Assembly (NCBI GenBank): GCA_951406725.2
Contig: OX597817.1
Span: 23,746,001 to 23,810,000 of the forward strand
DNA from: Octopus vulgaris
Lineage: Eukaryota
DNA length: 64,000 bases
Direction: 5' to 3'
Part shown: piece by piece, positions 51,650 to 64,000 of the stretch
Position numbering within the stretch: position 1 is the first letter of the stretch
Layout: each line of letters opens with the position of its first letter
Translations under genes and position numbers: made by a program
Notes under the pieces: model-generated
The model's input: only the letters and a program-made list of their open reading frames with translations
Told to the model about the DNA's origin: nothing
The model's database searches: none

Positions 51650-52310
51650 AAGTGAATATTGGTGGCGGTGATGGTGGTGTCGTTTGGTTGGGCTGGCTTG
51701 TTGGTTGCTGATGCTCTTTCATTTCTTGGTAGAACTGCTTTATCAGCTGTGCATATGGTGGTGTGGGTAGCTGTGCTGGTGTTTTGGTTTTGTTTTTGAT
51801 TTTCTTGTTGTGGTTGTTTTTATTTTTGCTGTTATTGTTGTTGCTGCTGTTGCTCCTTGTATATTGGATAACCAATTTTTAAGTGATTTTTGCTGCCTCA
51901 GAAGCACCAGCATGATTTTCTGCCCTCAACGGTGACATGTAAATTGGTACCGTCTAGCAAGTTTATCAAATCTGGTATGTTTTCGATCGTCTCTTGATTT
52001 CCTTAAATTAAGATTTCGAAAGCTTGGCTTATCCAGTTCTGTTGATCTAGGACGGCAATTTCCAAGATGTTGATGACTTCTTCAAAATTGTAACAGATGG
52101 CTGACACCATCCATTGTGTTTCAATTTCAGGGGGCACATATTTTGCTTTTATTTTTGTGACCCTACGCTCTAAGTACATAGGAATCGTTAGTATTTCCTC
52201 AGACTCAAGTGATTCTGTAGAAAAGACTATTTTTTGCTCTGCTGAGTCGAACCTGACTTCGACAGACTGATCCTTGTAGTGTATATTTTATGTGTCCATA
52301 TGGGCCCTAA
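51650..52310 (-). pseudogene. LINE ORF1 (gag-like) relic with decayed zinc knuckle and Gln-rich tail
   Basis: SVEVRFDSAEQK..IPMYLERRVTKIKAKYVPPEIETQWMVSAI..IENIPDLINLLDGTNLHVTVEGRKSCWCF*GSKNHLK (cf. VxVEGRxPxCxxCGxxxHxK), then QQQQ. Confidence 0.65.
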
Positions 52311-52481
52311 ACATGGTGGTGGTGATGGTGTTGGTGGCAGATGTAAAGACAGTGGTGATGGGAGCGGTGGTGACATTAGACCTTTGTTCATTTTTCTTAT
52401 TTCCTTTCCTACTTGCTTGGAACGTTATTGTCGCTAGGTGTGTTGACGTTGTTCAACTGTGTATGTATGTGTGTGTGTCTG

Positions 52482-52512
<31 letters not shown>

Positions 52513-52515
52513 CTG

Positions 52516-52554
<39 letters not shown>

Positions 52555-52850
52555 TTGTGTATGTCTGTGTGTGCAATGTTCGGCAATGCAGTGAAATTAA
52601 CGTCTATGAAAAAACGAAGGAACGCTACAAGCGTTAGACAAGTTAGCCATTTTTCAGGATAGATTGAAAAACAAACATTTTAATGAAATTTAAAAAAAAC
52701 AAAATACACCCACAGGGCGGGGATTTTCAAAGGATCGATTCAATCACACGAAAGCTGACGAAGACTGTTGACAAACATTCAATATAAACAAACATTTATA
52801 AATACGAGAAATTGTTTAGAATTCCGCAGAAGAAAGTGACGACAGACAAT

Positions 52851-53052
<202 letters not shown>

Positions 53053-53370
53053 GTACCGTAGTAGATTGACAGAGTGGTAGGCTGACAGACAAGCAAACAG
53101 GCAAACAAACAGAAAACCAGATCGATCGATAGATAGATAGATATATAGATAGATAGAGAGATAGGGAGGCAGTTAGTCAGATGGGTATATAGATGGATGG
53201 ATGGATGGATGGATAGAGGGAGGGACGGAGGGATAAATGGATAGATCGAGGGATAGGTACGTAGAGAGGTTGAATGACAGAGAAGCAGACAGATACACAG
53301 GTAGACAGAGAGACACAGAAACAGACAGACAGAAAGACAGCTATATAGACAGACAAATAGATAGATAGTC

Positions 53371-53460
<90 letters not shown>

Positions 53461-54077
53461 GCAGACAGATATGCATATACATATATTGAAATGCCTATAA
53501 CAAATGTCTTACGCAGACAAAATGCCTGACTGAAACTAAAACTCTAGTCGTGGCCATATGTTTCTTGCCAACTTTTGCATATAATTACGTACATCTTTGT
53601 AAGATGCCTTTCGGACGAGATGAACGCTGCCGGCTTCATTGAAGCCCCATTGTTTACATAAGACAAACGTACACGTCATTGAAATATCGTGACTAAAATA
53701 TAGAGAAGGCATTATTGTAGAATTCAATGATTTTTCCCTTTTTCACATTGGAGAAAATTGTTAAAATTTAGTCTAGAGTAAGCTTTAGAGGGATATTAAT
53801 ATGTACCTCAATAAAACTAGGAATTGTTTAAGACAAGTACATCAAAGTTTTCAATGCAAATCATATTACGCATATGTTCAAATATTGAAATTTGCTGTAA
53901 ACATTTTTACATGTGACTACCAGAAATAGCGTTTTATATAAAATTATATATTTTCGATAAGTATTATATATTCTAATACATTTTAATATTCTCCTGCTTT
54001 ATTTCTAGGTATTATCACATCGTTATTATTCGCTGCATTTTATTATGTTTCAAGTCTGAATTTATAGTCATTTGATT

Positions 54078-54461
54078 TACTCTTTTACTCTTTTACTTGT
54101 TTCAGTCATTTGACTGCGACCATGCTGGAGCACCGCCTTTAGTCGAGCAAATCGACCCCAGGACTTATTCTTTGTAAGCCTAGTACTTACTCTATCGGTG
54201 TCTTTTTGCCGAACCGCTAGGTTACGGGGACTTAAACACACCAGCATCGTTTGTCAAGTGATGTTGAGGGGGACAAACACAGACACACAAACACACACAC
54301 TCATATACATATATACGACGGCTTTCTTTCAGATTCTGTCTACCAAATCCACTCACACGGATTTGATCGGCCCGAGGCTATAGTAGAAGACACTTGCCCA
54401 AGAAGACAGGTGCCACGTGGTTGGTAAGCAAGCTACTTACTACACAGCCACTCCTGCACCT
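54078..54461 (-). mobile_element. SINE family B with an 8-bp TSD
   Basis: Reverse complement of family B with a deletion in the head; TSD atttgatt at 54070-54077 and 54462-54469. Confidence 0.9.
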
Positions 54462-57119
54462 ATTTGATTAATTACATTGCGCATGCTGATAAAGTTAGCA
54501 TAAAAACGTGTTAAGTGTTTGTTTGTAAAAGAAGCGAAGTGCATAGCTACAAGCAAGAGAAATATAGGTAAACTAAGTGCATCATTGTGGTGGGGTGGGG
54601 ACGTTTGCTGTCATGAATCAGAGTGATTCAGTTTGGAAATTGCCGAAACAAAAAAAGTCTGCATGCGTCAGAAAGCTTCAAATAGTTTTGATTTTTTTGT
54701 GTAAGGTTAAGATAAGTGGAAGGTTGTAGACTATATTTGTAAAACATAAATCGCCTGCATGTCTTTTTCTTTTCTTTTTTTCTTTAGAGCAATTACAAGG
54801 AAACTAACCTTGTACTTGATAAATGAGAACAAGTTTCGCGTATTTCCCGCAACTAAAAGTAACGTTTCACAAATTTATAATATAAAGGAAAAACGAAACT
54901 AGAAACATACACGTATCAAAATAATATCTAACGTTATTCGGACACATGTATTAACAAAAAAGTACGCAAGGGCATTATTACGAGAGGTAAATACCTCAGT
55001 TAGATCTATCATGTACTGAAAAGAGGAAAAATACAATCAATAGAATCTATATTCCAGATATTTTCACCAACTTTTAAGTCACGAAATGTGCAACTTATAA
55101 GAAAACAGCCATAACTACAGTTCCAAAGAATGATATGCACAATCAAACGATCTCAATGGTCATTGAAATGCAACAGTTACTACATTGCTATACAACAACG
55201 TTAGAAAGACTAAACCTTGTCAAACAAACAAATTGTTATCAGTTGGCTATCACTTATAACATCGAAAATGTAAATCTGAAGAATTAAATGTAGATAAAGC
55301 AAGTAAGGCAATAAACACATTTCTAAAACCAGTAACGTATAATAAAACAGGATTATAAACAAAATAGCTTGTAACGAAAAAAAGCCAGACACTTTCTAAA
55401 TGCAAAAATCATAAAAGAAAACGCGAAGATAAAGACGATATCATTCAAAGTCAAGCATCAGAACCCTCAGAGAAAACCTAGTCATCGAAGTGGATATATT
55501 GCAAGTAAACAAACAACCACTGATAGTTTAAAACATAAAAAGATAACTGTTTTTCACAAACATAACGGATCGGATGTTGTGACAAATGGCATGAATTTAT
55601 AAATGTAAAAATATTTTATATGAAAAATATTAAACATTAGAGAGAGTGCTTTGTTAAATATTATACAAATAAAGAAGATCTGAATGAATTTATTATTTAA
55701 TATTCATTTAAAAATTTCAATGTAACCGTTTACTAATTTCTTTTCAGCAGGTTGAACTCAGAATTTTAAGGGAAACAAGAGAAAAACTGAGCATTATAAA
55801 TTATTTTATGATAATTAGGTCTTTCTGATTCTGCTACAATATTAATTGGTTGAATGAAAAGAACACCTTCGGATATAAGTATCTGCAAAATCTTTTTGAA
55901 CATGTTTGAATTCACTTCAGATGATTATGATCTTCGTAAAGATTAACACATTTCCTCCCCCCCCCCTATCAAATTTACAGCCTGTTTAACACATAATAAA
56001 AGAGCAATATTAACAGGCAGATTGACTTGTGTAAAAATTCTATTCTTCAATCATCTTCAGATATCACCAAATAGATATTAATCGGATGTCTTTTTCAGCC
56101 GGGATTCTGAGCTGTTACCATACTCCTTCCATCTCTACATGAGCAGTTTTCTATAATATTGTCAAGCATAGCTAGGATTCGGCCCACTATTATTTATATG
56201 AGTTACCGTTACCTCAACATTACGTCCACTTGACCTAGATCTCAGAGCTTCTGCAATATCAGGTGGATGAATTATTTAGTCAGCTCTTTCAACTGACATC
56301 GCTTCCTCAAACGTACACTTCAACCGTTTCTCAAAACCCCAGCTTTCTCAGCTAGTTATTGATTTCTTAAGCATTTATTGTTCATCATAGAGCACTATAT
56401 ATTCACACTATTCTTCCATAATCCTCACATACAGAAAGAAAAAGTAAAACAACTCATAATACATCATGATGTTTTACGTACGCTTTTATTTCTGTCGCTT
56501 TCTATATTTCAACCTATAACACACTTTCTCTCTTATTCCATTAGCCGGTGTAACCCTTATATCAATACATTATTCTGTCTTTCTTTTTTCTCGCTTTTTA
56601 ATCTCTCTAATAATCTATCTATCTGCCTCTCCGTCTGTCTGTGTTTCTATCTGTGGGTCTGTCTTTCAGTGTGAATTTGTCTATCCGTCTAACTTATGTA
56701 TATATGTATGTATTAAACTAAACAACTATCTTTACATATATCTCAAGTTCTTCATCGCTCATTCTCTAATATTTATGATTTTCTAATTTTCTTCTTTCTT
56801 GTATTCCACCTTCGTATTTAATCTCTCACTTTCTTTCCTCTTTCACATTTCTCAAGCATTCTCTTCCATTCTATCTCTCGTTTGCTCCTGCCAGTACTCT
56901 TCCTCTTGTATCATCTACATACCTTCATCTATCAGACTCGTTTGCACACTAGATCCTGTCTTCATACACTCAGCTATTTATCCGAATCAATACAGAAATT
57001 GCATCCATCTTTGGTTAGCGACCGTGAAAGGCGGAGGCAAAAACAAAGAAAATAAATACAATTGTATATAAAGAATAGAGGAATATTAGAGAAACAGTAA
57101 CACACAGAAAAAAGATTGG

Positions 57120-57205
57120 GATATCTATATATGTGTATGTGCGTGTCTATGTATATATATGTCTGTATGTATACATATAGGTGTATGCATATTATACATG
57201 TATGT

Positions 57206-57256
<51 letters not shown>

Positions 57257-57415
57257 CATACATACATATATACATACATACATTTATGTACGGCAATGTA
57301 CACGCATACACGTGCGTAATAGCACACACGCGTAGCTATATACATTCATACATATGTAATACTAACTCGTATATATATACATATAACTGTGTGTTTATAA
57401 ACATGTACGTATACA

Positions 57416-57454
<39 letters not shown>

Positions 57455-57850
57455 ATATATATATATATATATATATGATATATAATATATACACATATTA
57501 TATATACGCATGCATATACATATGTACGTATGTACATCCATATAGACACACATAGCCAATATATAGATATGGATGTGTGAGTATGTGTATGTCTGAGTAT
57601 ATATTAATATTTATATACGCATATGTTTCTGCAGTATATGTAGGTAAGTGTGCACAAGTGTATATGCATACGTATACGTGGGGGATATATATATATAAAC
57701 ACATACACAGAAATACGTGTATATATATATATATATATGTATATATATGTATGTATATGTATGTATGTATATACACATATATGCAAACACAATTTCCATT
57801 ACACGTAGATACACGTATAAGTATCTCTATGACTTTATGTATGTGTGAAT
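57120..57850. repeat. Degenerate (TA)/(TG)/(CA) microsatellite field; similar field at 58530-58880
   Basis: Directly visible. Confidence 0.9.
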
Positions 57851-58552
57851 AATGGGGAGAGAGAGACGGAAAGAGAGGATGAAACACAAATAGAATGAAG
57901 AAGAAAGTTTTGAATGTTGTTATACGTTATTCTGTGTAAGTGATTGTGTATGTACGTATTTGTGTGTCCGTATGCTATTGTGCATATGTATTTGACTGTG
58001 TCCTTGTATACCTGCGTATGTGTATGTGAAATGTCTGGATAAGAATAAGAATAAAAATAAAAATAAATACATAACAAATCGATTCCTATAGAATTCGAAT
58101 ATTTGATGGCAAAGAGAAAATGGCTAACCGACATCAACTGTTGACGATTATGAATAATGACAGACCTCAATATATAAAGCAAAGCATATAACGTTAATCC
58201 TTGAACATAAAGCTGAGTAGAAAGGAACACAGACACACAGTATGCAAACACATAACACAATTACATTGAGGAACAGACGCACACAGACACACAATCACAC
58301 ACACACATACATACATACACAGAAACGCATACAAGCAAGCAAAAATACACACGGAATATATTCATTTATATATGAATACATAGATACACTCGTATGTAGT
58401 CATACTGAGAAATCAAGAAGCGAAAGGTAGAAAGATAAAGAACAAATAACTAAACGCGTAAGTCCTGTTGTAAACAACATCAATTTCTTTCTCTTTTTTT
58501 CACCAGCCGCCATTACTAATACTCAGAAGAATATATATATATAAACACATTA

Positions 58553-58602
<50 letters not shown>

Positions 58603-58652
58603 GTATATGTATGTACGTACACACATATCTGTACATATATATAGGATGTATA

Positions 58653-58683
<31 letters not shown>

Positions 58684-59043
58684 GCATGTATGTATATATA
58701 TGTTCGTGTGTGTATGTATATAGATATGCATATATATGAACACACATAAATATATAGGATATATATTTGTATATATGTAAATAGATATAGATCTATATAT
58801 ATACATACATATATATATATATGTGAGCATAATATATATATATATATGTATATGTATGTATGTATGTATGTATGTATATAGTTTGGATGAAAAAAATGCA
58901 AATACCTAAAGAAACAAACAAATATGGCTTTCTTTTGTTCCTGATGTTTTCCTTTGTGCTGAGAGATCGGTGGTAGTTGTCATGTTATCTGTTGGTTGGC
59001 GTTGTTGTAGTTGACTTTTGTTTAGTGGTGATGTCTCCTCGAA

Positions 59044-59057
59044 AGTAGTAGTAGCAT

Positions 59058-59112
<55 letters not shown>

Positions 59113-59134
59113 GGTGGTGGTGGTGGTAGTGGTG

Positions 59135-59188
<54 letters not shown>
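59044..59188. repeat. (TAG)n/(TGG)n microsatellite
   Basis: Directly visible. Confidence 0.96.
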
Positions 59189-59389
59189 TTTGTAGTAACA
59201 GCAGCAGCTGCAGCAGCGGCGGCGGTAGTGGTGACAGCGAGAACTACATTTGTAGTACAAGATGTGTTGTGGTGGAGACGGATACACGTAAATAGTATTT
59301 GGATGTTATTGTTAGCGGTGAATGATGTTGTGGCTTTGTTAGGGAATCTGGCAAACTGTCGTCTATATATCTAACTGTCTTGTCTCTTT

Positions 59390-59505
59390 TCTATCTTACG
59401 TTCTGATTCTCGGTTCTAAGACCGTCGACTTTGTCCTTTTTATCCTTCTGGGCTCGATAAAATAATACACAATCTTGCATTACACTATATTATATCGACT
59501 AAACC
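59390..59505 (+). mobile_element. Old SINE family C-related fragment
   Basis: tacgttctga..gtcgactttgtcctttttatccttctgggctcgataaaataa..tatatcgact. Confidence 0.6.
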
Positions 59506-59564
59506 CGGCACTTACGACTCTATGACCTTTGAATGTTACAAGTTCTTGTTATTATCATCGATGT

Positions 59565-59910
59565 TTCTTCTTCTTCTTCTTCTTCTTCTTCTTCTTCTTC
59601 TTCTTCGCCTTCTTCTTCTTATTATTTTTTTTTCTTCTTCTTTTTCTCCTTCTTCTTCTTCTTCTTCGCCTTCTTCTTCTTCTTCTTCTTCTCCTTCTTC
59701 TTCTTTTTCTTCTTCTTTTTCTTCTTCTCCTTTTTCTTCTTCTTCTTCTTCTTCTTCTTCTTCGTCTTCTTCGTCTTCTTCTCCTTCTCTTTTTCTTTTT
59801 CTTCTTCTCCTTCATCTTCTTCGTCTTCTTCTCCTTCTCCTTCTCATTTTTCTTCTTCTTGTTCTTCTTCTTCTCCTTCTTCTTCTTTATCTTCTGCTGC
59901 TGCTACCACA

Positions 59911-59971
<61 letters not shown>

Positions 59972-59990
59972 GCAACAACAACAACAATCT
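59565..59990. repeat. (TTC)n followed by (CTA)n/(CAA)n microsatellites
   Basis: Directly visible; source of the poly-L/F/S/T/Y ORFs. Confidence 0.97.
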
Positions 59991-60872
59991 TCCTGTTATT
60001 ACTGCTGTTGATGTTTCTGCTGCTGTTGTTGCTGTTATTAGCTATGTATTGGCAAGACGCACCTTCAAATTAATCGCAAGTTCTCTTTCTCTTTTCATAT
60101 GTTCTAAACGTCAGTCTCGAAACGTCTGCTGTGTGCTGTTGTTAAACTGGTCAGGATCAATAGAAACTCTTCAGTTATGTTTCGTTTACGCCAGCAAAAA
60201 ATAGGTTCATCGCTCTCTACAACTACTTTTAAAAAAAATTATACGATATGGAAATATTCGCTCAGATAACGGGAAAAAAATAAATACTGTTAGAAACAGC
60301 TGTTTTGACGCTGAATTCCTCATCTTTAGTCAAACCAATGCCACCACCATGTATGCGACAGAAATGACAAGGACAATCATAAAAACAATAGCAACAGGAA
60401 AGGAAGAATGGACTACGACAACACCACTGTCGTTATCGCAACCACAAACACGACTGCAGAAATAATACAAGCAACTAAGACAAGAAATGTATGGAAGAGC
60501 AGAAGCGGCGGCAAAAAAAAAAAAATGGAATTACAGCAACAAAAAGAACAACACTGATAATAAGCATGAAGAAAAAATTAACAAAAGTATTAACACACTT
60601 TACCAATACTACGAACACGGTTCCCACCTCAAACAGCCAACCCCACCAGCATTTTCGTTAACACTATGAATAACATCAACACCGCAATTGGTACGTCAGC
60701 AATTGATGCTTTCGTTAATGTAATTCAAACGTTGGTCATTTAATCAATAATGGAAGTAAAAACGTCGTCCCAGGGAACACGTTCGCAAGGAAGAGATGAT
60801 ATTTCCCACCGTGGGTTTAGCCAGGAGACATTCTATAACACTTTTAAAGAGTGGCAAGCTGATCCTCACACC

Positions 60873-61103
60873 TATTTCTTTACTACCCACAAGGGGCTAA
60901 ACACAGAGAGGAAAAACAGGGACAGACAAACGGATTAAGTCGATTATATCGACCCCAGTGCGTAACTGGTACTTACTTAATCGACCCCGAAAGGATGAAA
61001 GGCAAAGTCGACCTCGGCGGAATTTGAACTCAGAACGTAACGGCAGACGAAATACGGCTAAGCTTTTTGCCCGGCGTGCTAACGTTTCTGCCAGCTCGCC
61101 GCC
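60873..61103 (-). mobile_element. SINE family C, full length
   Basis: Reverse complement of 407-637; imperfect TSD atcctca(c/t)acc at 60862-60872 and 61109-61119. Confidence 0.92.
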
Positions 61104-61702
61104 ATGCAATCCTCATACCGCTCTACTTGGGCTTGAGAGTGGTTGGTGCTCCACCAGAAACACGTATCTGCAGGTTGATAGTGGCTGATTTGCGAGATAT
61201 CGAAATAAAAATGAACGTTGCCCGCAAAACTAAAATTGGCCTGGCAGTGTGATAAAACCAAATAAGAAAGTATAGAAAACATCACAAACGTACCAACCTG
61301 CTGGGTGGCTTATAACTATTTGTGACGGTGGAGGATAAAACGACTATGTTTCACCCATGCAGTGACACAAACTATCTAAGTGCTTTCAGTTTACAGCAAG
61401 AGAGGATAAAATGTATTACCTACTATTACCAATATCATTGTTACAACACCAACAAGAGCCGTTCAAGAATTTGGACGTGGAGATCACCATTTTCAGCGAC
61501 TTCGAGGACCACCACCCAGTGGTGTCGGGGGTTAACGAAGAGCCCTAGACTACAACAAGACGACCAAATTTTTTGTTTCAAAGGTCTGGGGTTTCCCGCC
61601 CCTAAGCTCTAGACCATCACCTAATCACCCTTACTCGTCTTGTTGCTTAACTACAACAACAGCACCAACAAGAAAGAAGCAGCAACAGTAACAGAAACAA
61701 TC

Positions 61703-62343
61703 GGAACTGTCAACTAACGTGTGACACAAAACTTGTTCAGTCGTTTCAAGAAAGATGACACCAGCCTCGAAAACAGATAAATGTCAGAGTGACCTTCTGT
61801 TGTGGAAGATAGAGGCTGGCATGAAATGCCAAGCAAAAAGCACTCGTACATAATCGGTGGAATTTGGTCAGTCACAAAACATCATCAATCGAAACCGCCA
61901 TAAGCTCGGCCTGGTGAATGGATGCTATCTAGAAGCTCCACATGAAATAATCAATGATCAGGCTCAATGCCGTGTGAAGATTTGCAAGCAAATGCTAGCA
62001 AATCCTCGAGATGCCCGTTTTTGGCGTTGAATTGTAACTTGGGAAGAAATTTTGTTTCATCTTTGTAATCCTAATCAGTGGCTTCGTTAACGACCAGGCT
62101 TCAAAATCTGTTGTCAACTAACGGTGATTTGAGCGTAAGGTCATGTTGTGGGTTTGGTGGAATTTAGAGGGGGGTGTTGCATTGTGAGAGAGTCTCAGGT
62201 GGCCTGGCAATGGACGCTAAACAGGATTTTCAAAACCAGCAGTGAGTATTTGATGTCTTGAAAGCGGCCACCCAACATTGGTTAATCAAAGACGAACATA
62301 CCTACACCATGAAAATGCTGCGGCACACACTATCAATGTGACC
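61703..62343 (+). pseudogene. Mariner transposase relic (different lineage from the other two)
   Basis: GTVN*RVTQNLFSRFKKDDTSLEN, APHEI..RVKICKQML..FWR*IVTWEE (cf. IVTxDEKW), KVMLWVWWN, LVNQRRTYLHHENAAAHT (cf. LHDNARPH). Confidence 0.9.
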
Positions 62344-62529
62344 AATCCAGTCCCCTGTATTTTCTGGGCTCAGATACAATGCTCCAGTTTTTATTGAAGT
62401 TGCTCACATCTCTCTCTTTAAGTGTCCATTCCGTATTGGATAACGATGTTGCATGTCTTTTATTTTCATCTCTGAAAGAAACCAAATGCTGCATTTATAT
62501 CTCTTTAAAAGCGTTCCCTATCACTCCAA

Positions 62530-63440
62530 TGTAACTTTTGTTGGATATATTAAAACCTGCCTACGTTGACGACTGAGAATCACATTAACGGATGTGGGGT
62601 ATTACGAAGAACTCGTAACAGTACCTGAAATACAGGTAATGGAGGTTAGCGGTACGCGAGGCAAATCTTCAGATTTGGATAGATTGGCATGTTTTATAAT
62701 CTTGTGCTAGACTTGCTCAATTACCACTATATCAATATGTACTGCAACTGGCAGAAGAATGTGCGAATACCCATTTCTTTGACTCGATGAGCTGTGGTTT
62801 TGTTAAGAATAGACACGAACAAACGAGACAACTGTAATAATTTCTGCTAAGCGCAGATTCCAAGGTTTTGACCAACATTTGGGCTCTTGCTTAAACTTGA
62901 CTATTAGAAAAAGGATGTAGATACTGGAAATTCAATGTAACGTCCCAGACACGACAATATTTCAAGTACAGGCCTAGAGTATAAATTAAGCAGGAGTTGA
63001 TGGAACAATCTTCATCAAACGGTGAAAATGAAAATCTTTTAGCTTTTGTAAAGAAACTATAAGAAAAACAGGGTTGCGAAAATGTCAGTCAATCGAATCA
63101 AAAAAGGCATAACAAACAAAGCGTAAATGACGATATTGGAGCCGACAACTGTTACGAAATGAAATAAGGAAGATGTGCAGTTCCTGTTAAGGTAGGCGCC
63201 TTGATACTGTAGGCAGCGAAATCCAATGAATAGAATTTGGTCATCTGATGTGTATTTGTCGATAAATTGACATTTCAATTTCTGACTAACCGCAATCAAA
63301 CTTGCGTAGTCTAATGCAAAATAAAAGGGACTAATTTTCCAACAGCACGTTGTAGAACGGTTCACCGTATTCGCTGGAGCAGAGAGTGTAAATTTTCGTA
63401 CCTAGCTCAACAATTTGCCTCAACGGACAAGACGTAGATT
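62530..63440 (+). pseudogene. Possible Ginger2/TDD (KRBA2/SCAND3-like) integrase relic
   Basis: Ordered weak motifs: RG..DLD, FIILC, HFFDSMSCGFV (cf. LHSDNGREF), IISAKRRFQG (cf. IVHGKPRHSQSQG), PVKVG/DTV. Highly degenerate. Confidence 0.35.
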
Positions 63441-63554
63441 ATCACATTTCTTTTTCCTCCAACATTCCCCGGAGATCTCTGTACGTTGTAATACCGCCAA
63501 GTGTGTTTTGTAGTACTAATGTTAACTTTAAATTTCATAAATATGAACACATAG

Positions 63555-63645
63555 GCAATATGAAGGCCAGTAACTTCGAAGGACGGGGTAAACTGATGAC
63601 ATGACCCCAGTGCTCAACTGGTACCTATTTTATTCTGCCAGCTCG
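63555..63645 (-). mobile_element. Old, deleted SINE family C-related fragment
   Basis: gaccccagtgctcaactggtacctattttatt joined to ctgccagctcg (head). Confidence 0.6.
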
Positions 63646-64000
63646 TAGCCCTCATGCTTTCTAGAATATTAATCATCCTTTTATTATCTGGTACCTCAAT
63701 GAAACTTGAAGATTTTCACTTGATGTTTTCACTTAATTGTATAACCGAACACTGACTCGACATATAGTACTAATTTTATTTCATCATTATTTTGATATCA
63801 TATTATATATATTATTTTACTATTATATTTTAACAATGAATTTGGCTTGGTATTTTATTAAATTTCATGGGATGTTAACCGGACCTTTTTATTGCACATC
63901 CTATCTTTCTATTTTTCGATCAACATATTCTTCGTAGTCCTCTTATAATTTGGGGGAGAACTCCTTCTCTCTCTTGCCCTTTCTTTTCTTATTTCATCTA

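Noticed and set aside
60780-61250. Possible RTE-LINE C-terminal relic around the SINE (GAPPETR..ADLRDI)
   Set aside because: Similarity too weak to support by eye.

Overview
Eukaryotic, AT-rich, microsatellite-saturated intergenic/intronic DNA. The SINE repertoire and repeat style point to a coleoid cephalopod, probably Octopus (recognised from memory, not database-verified). No intact protein-coding gene is visible, and almost all ORFs in the track are simple-repeat or SINE artefacts. The window holds three tRNA-derived SINE families (called A, B and C here), decayed DNA transposons (three mariner, one Tc1, one hAT/Buster, two Helitron-helicase pieces, a possible Ginger2/TDD integrase) and LINE relics (Dong/R4-type 3' end in (TAA)n, a CR1/L2-type 3' end with a 4x amplified stem-loop, an ORF1 gag relic). 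The most notable structure is a set of short insertions mostly embedded in (TA)n: four asymmetric fold-back palindromes (25-190 bp arms) and several hammerhead-ribozyme-like motifs, consistent with Penelope-like-element pseudo-LTRs. There is also a chimeric retroposon made of a tRNA-Glu 3' part plus a SINE tail whose hairpin shows compensatory base changes. These look like interesting variants of known retroelement biology rather than a demonstrably new system.
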